Origin: Bdellovibrionales bacterium
GTDB taxonomy: Bacteria > Bdellovibrionota > Bdellovibrionia > Bdellovibrionales > UBA1609
Direction: 5' to 3'
Assembly: GCA_965261545.1 (NCBI GenBank)
Contig: CBDHDF010000002.1
Coordinates: 576,001 to 640,000, forward strand
Length of the DNA stretch: 64,000 nt
Under the pieces are notes generated by a model. It had not been told where the DNA came from. It made no database searches and worked only from the letters and a program-made list of their open reading frames with translations. The position numbers and the translations under genes are program-made. Positions 11,966 to 23,037 of the stretch are shown in pieces. Within the stretch, counting starts at the first letter, position 1, and each line of letters opens with the position of its first letter.

Positions 11966-14114
11966 TAGTTCCTGTCCAGGGAAGAAAGTTAAGTAGTTTT
12001 AAGTATTTACATGCCTTCCCTTTAGATTTTATGCTTTAAAATGGAGTCCATCAAACATAATCCGTGTAAATTCAGTTACTTACATAAAACGGAAAAATAA
12101 AATAAGTTCCCCCCCCTCTCTTGACGAACCTTTCACAGCCCCTCCCTTTCAGTGACTTATGTGGCTATCAACTGGTTACTTGATATGAGAGGAAGAGTTG
12201 GATCAACCTGTGTTTCCACCGTGGTGATTTCAAACCTCCTTCAGGGAAATAACATTACGTTGCGCATCAACTTCAAAAAATACTTGACGTGTTTTTTCAG
12301 AGAAATAATTTTTGATATTTTATTCTTCATTTATTTTTTATGTAGGTTTTAGGAGGCGTGGGAACCTCTCTATGAGGTAGAATTCTTATCCATGTTCTCC
12401 GAGAACCTCTCTGATTTTTTTCTTCTTAAAAGACATCCTTGCTCACTTTTTTCCCTCAAAAAAACGTATGTTAATATAAAAATTAAAGAGAAACTTTCAC
12501 CAAAGGGGGGACTATGCGCCATTTGAAGAAGACACAGTTGGGACTCTTTTCCCAATATCCTAACCACCAACTCAGTACAGAATTGCAGCAAATTAATAAC
12601 ATCATTGATCGCCATCCAGAGTTTGCCCATATGGTTCATGAAGACCTTGTTAAAGAAAAGAAAGATTCTGGTGATATTGGTATGACATCGGAGCAAGTTC
12701 TCAAGGTGGCTATTCTTAAATCCATAAGAGGTCTTTCCTATCGTGCGTTAGCCTTTAATCTTGTCGATTCAGTATCCACCAGAGCTTTTCTGGGCCTTGA
12801 ATTGGAAGAAAATTACGCTCACTCCACCTTACAGGACTTGATTGTTCAAATAAGTGAAGAAACTTGGGGAATTATTAGCGCCTCTTTAGTTTCAGATGCA
12901 AGAGATCAAAAGATTGAGCCGTGTAAGAAAATGAGATTGGACAGTACAGTGACGAAATCAAATATTCATCATCCAACGGATGCATCGCTTTTATATGACT
13001 GCATAAGAGTTACAGAAAGAGAATTTAAAAAAGTTCGTAAAAATGTCATGAAAGATTTTTGGCGACTTATTTCAAGAGAAGATCTTAAGAGAGCAAAAAC
13101 CTTTCTTTACAAAATTAATAATTCCAAAAATGATGCGGAAAGACTACCTTGCTATAAGGAGCTTTTAAAAATCGCTACCAAATTGAACAAAGGATTACCT
13201 GATACCATCAGAAAGATAAAAAAAGAACAAAAATGTGTGAAGATGAATGCTTTGAAAAAGAGTCTAAAACAGTTAGAAAATGTTGCCTTCTACCTGGAAA
13301 AAATCATCTTTCAAACTCAAAAAAGAGTTATTGAGGGGAAAAAAGTATCTTCTGAAAAAAAGGTCCTATCCATCTTTGAACCGCATACAGACATTATTGT
13401 AAAGGGGCAAAGAGAAGTCGAGTTTGGGCATAAAATCTTTCTGACCTCAGGGCAAAGCAACATGATTTTAGATTGTCAGATCCCTGATGGCAACCCCGCA
13501 GACTCTGATATGTTTTTAAAAGTTATGAATTCAGTGACACAAACCTATGGGGCTTGCCCTGTAAAAGTAAGTGCAGATGGTGGGTTTGCTTCAAAAGAAA
13601 ATCTTGAAGAGGCCAAAGAGATGGGGGCTAAAGATGTTTGCTTCCCAGAAAAAAAAGGAATGAAAATATTAAAGATGGTTAAAAGTGCTTGGGTCTTTAA
13701 AAATCTTCTCAATTGGAGAGCCGGAATAGAGGCTGTTATTTCATTCCTTAAGAGATGTTTTGGTATGAGAGTTGCTTACTGGAAAGGGCATGATGGTTTT
13801 AAGAGGTATGTAAAGAATGCCGTTTGTGCCTATAATTTTGTTGTCTTGGCAAGACATGAATTATCAACTGTCACCTAAATTTATCCATTAGGAATAACAG
13901 CAATGGACCAGGTCGAAGGTGCTAAAATCTTCCAAAGGTAGGGGTGCGTCTTCAAATCGAAAAAACTAGGGCGCAAGTCGCTTAAAGACCTTTTTCCCCT
14001 TAATCTGTAGAGTTTGTGTGGCAAATCTCCAACTCTCACTCCCCCATTGAGGCATTGGGAGGCTCAATGGGGAGTGTCAGAGAACAAAAAATGGGCCTTT
14101 CTGGACAGAAACTA
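11966..14114 (+). mobile_element. ISNCY/IS5-like IS, 2149 bp
   Basis: IRs TAGTTCCTGTCCAG / CTGGACAGAAACTA; GG duplicated relative to the empty IS4 site. Confidence 0.88.
12514..13878 (+). CDS. DDE transposase (ISNCY/IS5-like)
   Basis: RLDSTV..NIHHPTD, SIFEPHTDII, ADGGFAS, WRAGIEAVISFLKR. Confidence 0.9.
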   Translation: MRHLKKTQLGLFSQYPNHQLSTELQQINNIIDRHPEFAHMVHEDLVKEKKDSGDIGMTSEQVLKVAILKSIRGLSYRALAFNLVDSVSTRAFLGLELEENYAHSTLQDLIVQISEETWGIISASLVSDARDQKIEPCKKMRLDSTVTKSNIHHPTDASLLYDCIRVTEREFKKVRKNVMKDFWRLISREDLKRAKTFLYKINNSKNDAERLPCYKELLKIATKLNKGLPDTIRKIKKEQKCVKMNALKKSLKQLENVAFYLEKIIFQTQKRVIEGKKVSSEKKVLSIFEPHTDIIVKGQREVEFGHKIFLTSGQSNMILDCQIPDGNPADSDMFLKVMNSVTQTYGACPVKVSADGGFASKENLEEAKEMGAKDVCFPEKKGMKILKMVKSAWVFKNLLNWRAGIEAVISFLKRCFGMRVAYWKGHDGFKRYVKNAVCAYNFVVLARHELSTVT

Positions 14115-14852
14115 GGTAGTTTTGAGAGTAATAGCATAACTCTCTACGATAGGCTTTATTTATCTACAGAGATTATTAAGGCCCATGCTCAAGCCAGTAA
14201 CTTCTTTATTGCGCGTTGTAAGCGAGGCTCTACTTTTATCCCCATCGTAAATTTATTTAATGGCCCAGGTTGGTATTCACAAATGGTTATTGAGGGGGTG
14301 GTCATTCATCTCTATAAGTATAAAAACCCAAAGACTGGGGAGTTCTCTGTTTTGGCCACTAATCTTCCGCATGGCTCCTTGGACAAGAAGGATATGGTTG
14401 CTCTTTACTCTCGTCGTTGGGAAATAGAAACGACATTTCGTGATTTTACATCGACAATGAAAATGGAGCAGTGGCACTCAACAAGCCTTAATGGAATATT
14501 GCAAGAGCTGTATTCTTATTTTTGGCTCTTCAATTATACAAAGATTCAAATGAGCATAAATGAGGATGAAGACAGTGTGAATCAGTTGGTAAAAAATGAC
14601 TACAAAAAACCTAACTTTAAACTGATTCTTGATTTCATAATGGATAGCATCCCTCTTTTTGTTGCGGGGCTCTATCAGAAATTTAGGAAGCAGATAAAGT
14701 TGCTGATGAAGATTTCAATGGAGAAGAGGAGGCACTTCAAAAGAAGCTATGAAAGGTCTATCAAAAGGGCTGGGAGTTCTTTTAAAAGAAATAGCTTAAC
14801 GCAGAGGCAGAGGGGTGTGGTGGCTTAAGGAAACGGCATTGACTCCAATCAA

Positions 14853-15446
14853 GTGAAAGAAGGAGAAAAATACGAGAAATTAAGAACTGTTTACTCCCTT
14901 GTTTTCAGTACTGTGGACCTTCCTGAGCTACGCAAAGACAACGATTATTACCATACATGCAGCATGAGGCAGGATCGATACCCTCATTTGAGGCTCACCG
15001 ATGGTATGCAATTTGTCATTGTAGAATTGAACAAGTTCATTGGCAAATTAGACAGCCTTGTTGACCAACGTGAAGCGTGGTGTTATTTCTTAAAGAGATC
15101 GGATGAGTTGGATCAACAAACCAGCCAAGAGCTAGCCAAAAAAGGAAGGGATATGGGAAGAGCCGTCAAAAATTTGTGGAATTTGTCTCAAGACGAACTC
15201 ATGCGAGAGCGACTTGAAGCTGAAGATAAGCAGCGTCGAGATCGTTTATCACAGATCGACACAGCCCATGAAGAGGGGCGTGAAGAAGGGCGTGAAGAGG
15301 GGCGTGAAGTAGGGCGTGAAGAAGGGCGAAGGGAAGAGAGAGAGGCCATTGCTTTAAAGATGATTTTAAAAGGACAGGAAGCTTTGGAGATATCCGAAGC
15401 AACAGGGCTTTCTGAAGACGAAATTAAGGCTCTTCAAAAAAAGTAA
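14853..15446 (+). pseudogene. Rpn-family PD-(D/E)XK nuclease / putative transposase, 5'-truncated
   Basis: VIVELNKF, W.YFL, EEGR repeats, C-terminal IALKMI..ISEATGLSEDEI; N-terminus lost at the IS4 end. Confidence 0.8.
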
Positions 15447-15453
15447 AAATTTT

Positions 15454-15658
15454 TAACCTGACCTAGTTATCGTGTGTTCATTCTATGTAAACTACTAATA
15501 TTATTGTGGAATAACTGTCAACTCGCACTCTATTAATATGAGATATACTGTTGTTCTATAATTTATAGGAAGTATCAATTAGGTCGGCTGTTGGGCATAT
15601 CTCTTGATTAATGTACAGAGTTTAGACACTATGAACACACGATAACTAGGTCAAGTTA
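15454..15658. mobile_element. Putative MITE with 28-bp terminal IRs
   Basis: TAACCTGACCTAGTTATCGTGTGTTCAT (15454-15481) against its reverse complement at 15631-15658, 1 mismatch; no ORF inside. Confidence 0.6.
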
Positions 15659-15708
15659 GATTTTTTGTATCTATTCAGGGGGGGCATGAGTTTACAGAGA
15701 GAGATTTA

Positions 15709-17597
15709 GAGCCTGTAAACTATTTTGTGTAACTGCCGAATCATATTAGGATGAACTATCATCCTGAAAGGAGAAGGCAGAATGGATATCAAGACAATAG
15801 GCAAGGAACTAGCGAAGAACGTCAAGACCCAAAAGGATTTATCCGACATAACGGGTCAACTGATGAAGGTTGTTTTAGAGACGGCCCTTAATGCGGAAAT
15901 GGACGATCACCTAGGTTATGAGAGGCATGAGAAGTCTGAGACCCGCAAATCCAACACTCGCAATGGTTACAGTAGAAAGACCATAAAGGGAGAGAAAGGC
16001 GAGGTGGAGCTTCAGGTCCCCCGTGACCGAAGTGCCTCCTTTGAACCTCAAGTCATTCCCAAGGGTAAGACTCGTCTTGAGGGCTTTGAAGACAGTATCC
16101 TGACCCTCTATGCGAGGGGAATGACGACCAGGGATATTCAAGGAGCTATCAAAGACCTCTACCATGGTGCAGAGATATCCCACTCAGTGATAGCCAACGT
16201 GACGGATGCTGTTATTGATGAAGTTACGGCTTGGCAGAACCGCCCCTTGGATAGCACTTACCCTATCGTATTTTTGGACTGTATCGTGGTGAAGGTCCAT
16301 CAAGACAAGAGAGTTATTAATAAGGCGATTTACCTAGCTCTTGGTATTACAGAGGAGGGTCAGAAAGACTTGTTGGGCCTATGGATTTCTGAAAATGAGG
16401 GTTCAAAGTTTTGGTTGAGTGTTTTGACTGAGCTGCAAAATCGAGGGTTGAAAGATGTATTTATATTTTCTGTAGATGGTCTTACAGGTTTTCCTCAAGC
16501 CATTTCAGCGGCTTTTCCCAAGTCTAAAGTGCAACTGTGCATTGTCCATATGGTCCGCAATTCCCTTCGCTATGTTCCTTCCAAGGATATGAAAGCTGTC
16601 GCCCAAGACCTCAAGTCCATTTATGGCTCTACGACTCTGACAGAAGCTGAAAAGGCCCTTGAGGAATTTTGTACCAAGTGGTCTTCAAAGTATCCTAATA
16701 TTGAAAAGTCTTGGCGTAGGAATTGGGACAATCTCATCACTATTTTCGATTATCCGGATGAAATCAGAAAGATTTTTTATACCACAAACGCCATAGAGTC
16801 GTTAAATAGCGTGATCCGCAAGGCGATCAGAAATCGTAAGATATTTCCCAGTGATCGGTCGGCTTTAAAAGTTGTATATTTAGCGATAAAAATGGCCTCT
16901 AAGCGATGGACACGACCATTACACAACTGGAAGCCAGCCATGAACAGGTTTGCCATTGAATACGGTGATCGTTTTGACAACTAAGTTTTTTAATAAGGTC
17001 CACCACCTGCCTTATAAGGGGGCTTAAAAGCCCCTCTAAGGCGTTGACAGAAGTACTGGAATACCGAGACTATGGTTAGGGTAATATAGTATGGGAACCT
17101 AAATACATGCCCTCTTGGTGCAGATTTGGGTTTCCATTTTTTTTCATATTTCATCCCAATTCTGGTATTTCTCGAATATACTAAGTTAAAAAAAATAAAA
17201 AAAAGGGGGTAATATAGTATGGGAACCTAAACACATGAACCCTTTGATGAGATTGGAATTTCCATTTTTTTGAGAGAGCCATTGCTGATTTTTTTTCAAC
17301 CAAGATGATAATTATTTATTTGAGTTCTTTCCAGTTCTGATATGATCCCATTACGGCTCCATAATACAATCAAAAGTCCAGAGTAACTAAAGAGGCCAAT
17401 TATATAGACCAGCGAAGATGTCCACCTCCCCATTAACTTATAATGCATTGTGACTGACAAAATCGCTTGAAGGAAAAAATGTCAATTATACATTGACGAA
17501 TAATATGGGACTGTGCTTTTTACCAGGAGTGGAGCCACATAAGTGGCTTTAAGATTTAAGAAAAAAATTGCAGTTACACAATTATTTTTACAGTCCC
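15709..17597 (+). mobile_element. IS256-family IS copy 1 (1889 bp)
   Basis: IRs GAGCCTGTAAACTATTTTGTGTAACT / AGTTACACAATTATTTTTACAGTCCC; TSD GAGATTTA. Confidence 0.94.
15782..16984 (+). CDS. IS256 (mutator-type) transposase
   Basis: RNGYS, VPRDR, IVFLD, DGLTGF, QLCIVH, YTTNAIES. Confidence 0.95.
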   Translation: MDIKTIGKELAKNVKTQKDLSDITGQLMKVVLETALNAEMDDHLGYERHEKSETRKSNTRNGYSRKTIKGEKGEVELQVPRDRSASFEPQVIPKGKTRLEGFEDSILTLYARGMTTRDIQGAIKDLYHGAEISHSVIANVTDAVIDEVTAWQNRPLDSTYPIVFLDCIVVKVHQDKRVINKAIYLALGITEEGQKDLLGLWISENEGSKFWLSVLTELQNRGLKDVFIFSVDGLTGFPQAISAAFPKSKVQLCIVHMVRNSLRYVPSKDMKAVAQDLKSIYGSTTLTEAEKALEEFCTKWSSKYPNIEKSWRRNWDNLITIFDYPDEIRKIFYTTNAIESLNSVIRKAIRNRKIFPSDRSALKVVYLAIKMASKRWTRPLHNWKPAMNRFAIEYGDRFDN

Positions 17598-17661
17598 GAG
17601 ATTTATATTTTCTCTGATAAGAAGGAGCAATTTACCTCTTGAACTCTGCTACCCCCTGAAC

Positions 17662-19078
17662 CAATGCCGTTTCCTTAAGCCACCACACCCCTCTGCCTCT
17701 GCGTTAAGCTATTTCTTTTAAAAGAACTCCCAGCCCTTTTGATAGACCTTTCATAGCTTCTTTTGAAGTGCCTCCTCTTCTCCATTGAAATCTTCATCAG
17801 CAACTTTATCTGCTTCCTAAATTTCTGATAGAGCCCCGCAACAAAAAGAGGGATGCTATCCATTATGAAATCAAGAATCAGTTTAAAGTTAGGTTTTTTG
17901 TAGTCATTTTTTACCAACTGATTCACACTGTCTTCATCCTCATTTATGCTCATTTGAATCTTTGTATAATTGAAGAGCCAAAAATAAGAATACAGCTCTT
18001 GCAATATTCCATTAAGGCTTGTTGAGTGCCACTGCTCCATTTTCATTGTCGATGTAAAATCACGAAATGTCGTTTCTATTTCCCAACGACGAGAGTAAAG
18101 AGCAACCATATCCTTCTTGTCCAAGGAGCCATGCGGAAGATTAGTGGCCAAAACAGAGAACTCCCCAGTCTTTGGGTTTTTATACTTATAGAGATGAATG
18201 ACCACCCCCTCAATAACCATTCGTGAATACCAACCTGGGCCATTAAATAAATTTACAATGGGGATAAAAGTAGAGCCTCGCTTACAACGCGCAATAAAGA
18301 AGTTACTGGCTTGAGCATGGGCCTTAATAATCTCTGTAGATAAATAAAGCCTATCGTAGAGAGTTATGCTATTACTCTCAAAACTACCTATCATTTGAAT
18401 AGCATTGGCGATTTCGTTGAGAGCGGGAGAAAAGCAAAGATTCTTTGTCACACCCGATAAAACGTCATAAGCATGAGATAGATACATACGTAAGAAATGA
18501 GTTTCCATCTCATTTGGGCAAGGGTACCCACAATAACCCTCCTTTAAAAGATCTTTAGAGCGAGGAAGTGCTAATTGGTCGCCATCTATGGCATAGATAT
18601 AAAAACCATGAAACGTTTTTCTCAATGGTTCGTAGTCTGTAATCAGAGATTCAAAGATATCTTTGAAAAATAGGTAAGAAATACTTTGACGTATCTTGCT
18701 GAGACTGCTTTTGACTGGCATGAGAAGCAGGTCACCAAAATGAGTCCATACCGTCTTAAGAGCGATTTGGTAGCCTTCGTAATTTGTTCCGGAAATAAGA
18801 TAGATAATGGTAAAAAAGAAAATTTGAGGATTAAATTTTCGATTCCTTTTTTGTTTTTCTGGATCGACAAGGTGCTCTGGCTTGAAGGAAGAATCAAGTT
18901 TTGGTAGAATAAAATGGTCATCTGTGACGCGAACTCGTCATTTGGGGGCTTTCGAGATCAATATTGGATTGCATGTGACTTACTCCTTGGTTGAGGGTTG
19001 GGTGTAAAATAAAACAAGTCTTATTCTTTTCGATTTATCTAATGATTTCAAGAGATTTTTCTTAAGGAAACGGCATTG
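17662..19078 (-). mobile_element. IS4-family IS copy 2 (1417 bp, intact)
   Basis: Perfect 18-bp IRs; 10-bp TSD CCCCCTGAAC. Confidence 0.94.
17675..18721 (-). CDS. IS4 transposase (frame stays open upstream to about 18937 without an in-frame ATG)
   Basis: AIDG, YDRLY, YSRRWEIETTFR. Confidence 0.9.
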   Translation of the reverse strand: MPVKSSLSKIRQSISYLFFKDIFESLITDYEPLRKTFHGFYIYAIDGDQLALPRSKDLLKEGYCGYPCPNEMETHFLRMYLSHAYDVLSGVTKNLCFSPALNEIANAIQMIGSFESNSITLYDRLYLSTEIIKAHAQASNFFIARCKRGSTFIPIVNLFNGPGWYSRMVIEGVVIHLYKYKNPKTGEFSVLATNLPHGSLDKKDMVALYSRRWEIETTFRDFTSTMKMEQWHSTSLNGILQELYSYFWLFNYTKIQMSINEDEDSVNQLVKNDYKKPNFKLILDFIMDSIPLFVAGLYQKFRKQIKLLMKISMEKRRHFKRSYERSIKRAGSSFKRNSLTQRQRGVVA

Positions 19079-19093
19079 CCCCCTGAACAGTTA

Positions 19094-20982
19094 GAGCCTG
19101 TAAACTATTTTGTGTAACTGCCGAATCATATTAGGATGAACTATCATCCTGAAAGGAGAAGGCAGAATGGATATCAAGACAATAGGCAAGGAACTAGCGA
19201 AGAACGTCAAGACCCAAAAGGATTTATCCGACATAACGGGTCAACTGATGAAGGTTGTTTTAGAGACGGCCCTTAATGCGGAAATGGACGATCACCTAGG
19301 TTATGAGAGGCATGAGAAGTCTGAGACCCGCAAATCCAACACTCGCAATGGTTACAGTAGAAAGACCATAAAGGGAGAGAAAGGCGAGGTGGAGCTTCAG
19401 GTCCCCCGTGACCGAAGTGCCTCCTTTGAACCTCAAGTCATTCCCAAGGGTAAGACTCGTCTTGAGGGCTTTGAAGACAGTATCCTGACCCTCTATGCGA
19501 GGGGAATGACGACCAGGGATATTCAAGGAGCTATCAAAGACCTCTACCATGGTGCAGAGATATCCCACTCAGTGATAGCCAACGTGACGGATGCTGTTAT
19601 TGATGAAGTTACGGCTTGGCAGAACCGCCCCTTGGATAGCACTTACCCTATCGTATTTTTGGACTGTATCGTGGTGAAGGTCCATCAAGACAAGAGAGTT
19701 ATTAATAAGGCGATTTACCTAGCTCTTGGTATTACAGAGGAGGGTCAGAAAGACTTGTTGGGCCTATGGATTTCTGAAAATGAGGGTTCAAAGTTTTGGT
19801 TGAGTGTTTTGACTGAGCTGCAAAATCGAGGGTTGAAAGATGTATTTATATTTTCTGTAGATGGTCTTACAGGTTTTCCTCAAGCCATTTCAGCGGCTTT
19901 TCCCAAGTCTAAAGTGCAACTGTGCATTGTCCATATGGTCCGCAATTCCCTTCGCTATGTTCCTTCCAAGGATATGAAAGCTGTCGCCCAAGACCTCAAG
20001 TCCATTTATGGCTCTACGACTCTGACAGAAGCTGAAAAGGCCCTTGAGGAATTTTGTACCAAGTGGTCTTCAAAGTATCCTAATATTGAAAAGTCTTGGC
20101 GTAGGAATTGGGACAATCTCATCACTATTTTCGATTATCCGGATGAAATCAGAAAGATTTTTTATACCACAAACGCCATAGAGTCGTTAAATAGCGTGAT
20201 CCGCAAGGCGATCAGAAATCGTAAGATATTTCCCAGTGATCGGTCGGCTTTAAAAGTTGTATATTTAGCGATAAAAATGGCCTCTAAGCGATGGACACGA
20301 CCATTACACAACTGGAAGCCAGCCATGAACAGGTTTGCCATTGAATACGGTGACCGTTTTGACAACTAAGTTTTTTAATAAGGTCCACCACCTGCCTTAT
20401 AAGGGGGCTTAAAAGCCCCTCTAAGGCGTTGACAGAAGTACTGGAATACCGAGACTATGGTTAGGGTAATATAGTATGGGAACCTAAATACATGCCCTCT
20501 TGGTGCAGATTTGGGTTTCCATTTTTTTTCATATTTCATCCCAATTCTGGTATTTCTCGAATATCCTAAGTTAAAAAAAATAAAAAAAAGGGGGTAATAT
20601 AGTATGGGAACCTAAACACATGAACCCTTTGATGAGATTGGAATTTCCATTTTTTTGAGAGAGCCATTGCTGATTTTTTTTCAACCAAGATGATAATTAT
20701 TTATTTGAGTTCTTTCCAGTTCTGATATGATCCCATTACGGCTCCATAATACAATCAAAAGTCCAGAGTAACTAAAGAGGCCAATTATATAGACCAGCGA
20801 AGATGTCCACCTCCCCATTAACTTATAATGCATTGTGACTGACAAAATCGCTTGAAGGAAAAAATGTCAATTATACATTGACGAATAATATGGGACTGTG
20901 CTTTTTACCAGGAGTGGAGCCACATAAGTGGCTTTAAGATTTAAGAAAAAAATTGCAGTTACACAATTATTTTTACAGTCCC
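19094..20982 (+). mobile_element. IS256-family IS copy 2 (1889 bp)
   Basis: Near-identical to copy 1; TSD AACAGTTA. Confidence 0.94.
19167..20369 (+). CDS. IS256 transposase
   Basis: Protein identical to 15782..16984. Confidence 0.95.
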   Translation: MDIKTIGKELAKNVKTQKDLSDITGQLMKVVLETALNAEMDDHLGYERHEKSETRKSNTRNGYSRKTIKGEKGEVELQVPRDRSASFEPQVIPKGKTRLEGFEDSILTLYARGMTTRDIQGAIKDLYHGAEISHSVIANVTDAVIDEVTAWQNRPLDSTYPIVFLDCIVVKVHQDKRVINKAIYLALGITEEGQKDLLGLWISENEGSKFWLSVLTELQNRGLKDVFIFSVDGLTGFPQAISAAFPKSKVQLCIVHMVRNSLRYVPSKDMKAVAQDLKSIYGSTTLTEAEKALEEFCTKWSSKYPNIEKSWRRNWDNLITIFDYPDEIRKIFYTTNAIESLNSVIRKAIRNRKIFPSDRSALKVVYLAIKMASKRWTRPLHNWKPAMNRFAIEYGDRFDN

Positions 20983-20991
20983 AACAGTTAC

Positions 20992-21107
20992 GATTTTTTT
21001 AAACAAGAGATACGAACAGTTGCAGACGATGGGCTCATTCAAGTGGGAAACAGTTACTATTGCGCCTACCCTTCTGATCTAAAGAGCCAAGTCATTGTAC
21101 GTATTTA
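20992..21107 (+). pseudogene. Short IstA-like internal fragment
   Basis: EIRTVADDGLIQVGNSYY..VIVRIY resembles the IstA C-terminal beta domain. Confidence 0.45.
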
Positions 21108-22947
21108 CCTGAAATCTTCTTCAGTTATCGCTAGGTTGTGGATTAAAGTCTAGTTTTTGATCTGAAGTCGAATATATTGAATGCTTATCCTTTTAAAGTC
21201 TTGACAACGCGTTGCATTCATATCCATAATTGTGGTCATGTCTTCTATATATGAGCAAGAAATAAAGGGCCAAACTTACCTCTATAGGTCCACAAGCTAT
21301 TGGGACAAAGAGAAGAAACAATCTCGTTCTAAAAAGGTTTACCTTGGCAAAAAGGACCCATCAACAGGTAAACTAATTCCTAAATCTCAACCCAGTATTC
21401 CAACATCTTCCCAAGATATTGGTTCTCTCCATTTATTGAAATATATTAGCAAGAGATTAGGTTTGATACAAATACTTAAAAAATCTTTTCCAGATGATTA
21501 TGAACAAATTCTTTATTTATCTTTTTTTAAAATCATTACAAAAGAGCCCTATTACCTTTACCCTTTATGGTGTGAGGCTTCTTATGTTTCAAATGATCAT
21601 AATCTGAATTCAAAATTAATAAGTAAATTTCTATCTATTATTGGTAATGATGAAGATGCTATAGAAAATTTTTTTATGAATTGGATTCAAAGCCATAAGG
21701 ATAGTTCTCAAGCCGTCATGTTCGACATTACTTCTATTTCCTCTTATGGTTCTGAGAATGACTTCTTGGAAAGAGGTTACAATAGAGATGGCGAGAATTT
21801 GGCTCAAACCAATTTAGGTATTTTAAGTCAAAACTTCAAAGTAGATTCCAATATTAAGAGTGCTAGCCTTCCAATAGCTTACAGATTATATCCGGGAAGT
21901 ATTACAGATGTGATAACATTAAGTAATATTATTCTTTTGTCCAAAGAATATAATCTAGATTTAAAACACCTTATTTTGGATAAAGGTTTTTATAGCCAAG
22001 AGAACATTAAAAGTTTACATAAACAGAATTTATCTTATATTATTCCTATGAGTTTTAGCTCCAAGCTACCAAGAGCCCTTATAAGTTCTCTATCAGATCA
22101 TTTATCATCAGCAAAATCAGCTTTTTCTTTTCATGATGAAACTTATTGGTATTGTCAGCAAAGAGTAGAAATAGGGTCAATAAATTGTATGGCTCATATA
22201 TATTTAGATAAGAGAAGGCAAGTGGAACAGGAATCTAATCTTATTAAGAAAATATATGAATTTGAGAATATTTTTTCTCAAAAAGAGTTCAAAAATAAAG
22301 ATGATTGTAATACATACATAAGTGAAACTCTTAAGGGTCAAAGGAAGTTTTTTACTGTTCAAGAAAAAGGCGGTTGTTTTTTTGTAGAAAGAGATTTGGA
22401 GAATATTGAAGAAGAAATTAAGCGAATGGGTTGTATTATTCTTTTAACTGATATTAATACAAATATTTCGAGAAATGATGTATTATCCTTATACAGGAAT
22501 AAAGATAGTATAGAAAAAATATTTTCATCTTTAAAACATGATCTTGGGGAGAGAAGGAACAGAACCCACTCCCTCCAAAATATGAGAGGAAGTTTGTTCA
22601 TTAACTTCATTTCTTTAATTCTAATTTCTTGGATTGATCATGTTATGAAGGAGAAAAAACTTTATAAGAAATTTTCTAAATCTGAGGTTTATAAAATTTT
22701 GAACCAACTCAAGTTTTATAAAATGGCAACGGGTAAGGTCTTTTTAGGAGAGTTATCAGCGAAACAAAAAGTCATTTACTCAGCCTTTAACGTAGATAAG
22801 AGGATAGACTCTACTTTCAAATTTTAAGCCAAGTGTGAATTTATCCACTTGCCTTTTAAGAGCATACACAGACCTATATCTAGGTGTTTTACACTTTGCC
22901 CAAGACTTTAGGCCCGAAGCCTAGCGATAACTGAAGGGGATTTCAGG
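21108..22947 (+). mobile_element. IS1634-family IS (intact)
   Basis: 28-bp IRs CCTGAAATC..TTCAGTTATCGCTAGG; TTTA on both flanks. Confidence 0.9.
21232..22827 (+). CDS. IS1634 transposase
   Basis: Y.Y.STSYWDKEKKQSR..YLGK, FDITS, DKGFYS, YRNKDSIEKIF. Confidence 0.92.
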   Translation: MVMSSIYEQEIKGQTYLYRSTSYWDKEKKQSRSKKVYLGKKDPSTGKLIPKSQPSIPTSSQDIGSLHLLKYISKRLGLIQILKKSFPDDYEQILYLSFFKIITKEPYYLYPLWCEASYVSNDHNLNSKLISKFLSIIGNDEDAIENFFMNWIQSHKDSSQAVMFDITSISSYGSENDFLERGYNRDGENLAQTNLGILSQNFKVDSNIKSASLPIAYRLYPGSITDVITLSNIILLSKEYNLDLKHLILDKGFYSQENIKSLHKQNLSYIIPMSFSSKLPRALISSLSDHLSSAKSAFSFHDETYWYCQQRVEIGSINCMAHIYLDKRRQVEQESNLIKKIYEFENIFSQKEFKNKDDCNTYISETLKGQRKFFTVQEKGGCFFVERDLENIEEEIKRMGCIILLTDINTNISRNDVLSLYRNKDSIEKIFSSLKHDLGERRNRTHSLQNMRGSLFINFISLILISWIDHVMKEKKLYKKFSKSEVYKILNQLKFYKMATGKVFLGELSAKQKVIYSAFNVDKRIDSTFKF

Positions 22948-22953
22948 TTTAAA

Positions 22954-23037
22954 CGGTAAATCGAAAAAGATGGTAATTTTTTGCAACATGGATAGGTATA
23001 TTTTCTTGACATACTTTTTCATAGACGAATGGCATTG
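22954..23037 (-). repeat. Solo left end of IS4 family 3, containing the empty IS1111 target
   Basis: Identical to 23849-23869 joined to 27798-27860. Confidence 0.85.

Larger units (their letters stand above)
11274..14841 (+). mobile_element. IS4-family IS copy 1, split by ISNCY/IS5-like element
   Basis: IRs CAATGCCGTTTCCTTAAG; both halves match intact 17662..19078. Confidence 0.92.
15667..20991. mobile_element. IS66-type MITE of about 103 bp, split by three IS insertions
   Basis: Pieces 15667-15708, 17598-17661, 19079-19093, 20983-20991 rebuild the MITE at 36776..36878; 8-bp TSD GATTTTTT. Confidence 0.88.
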
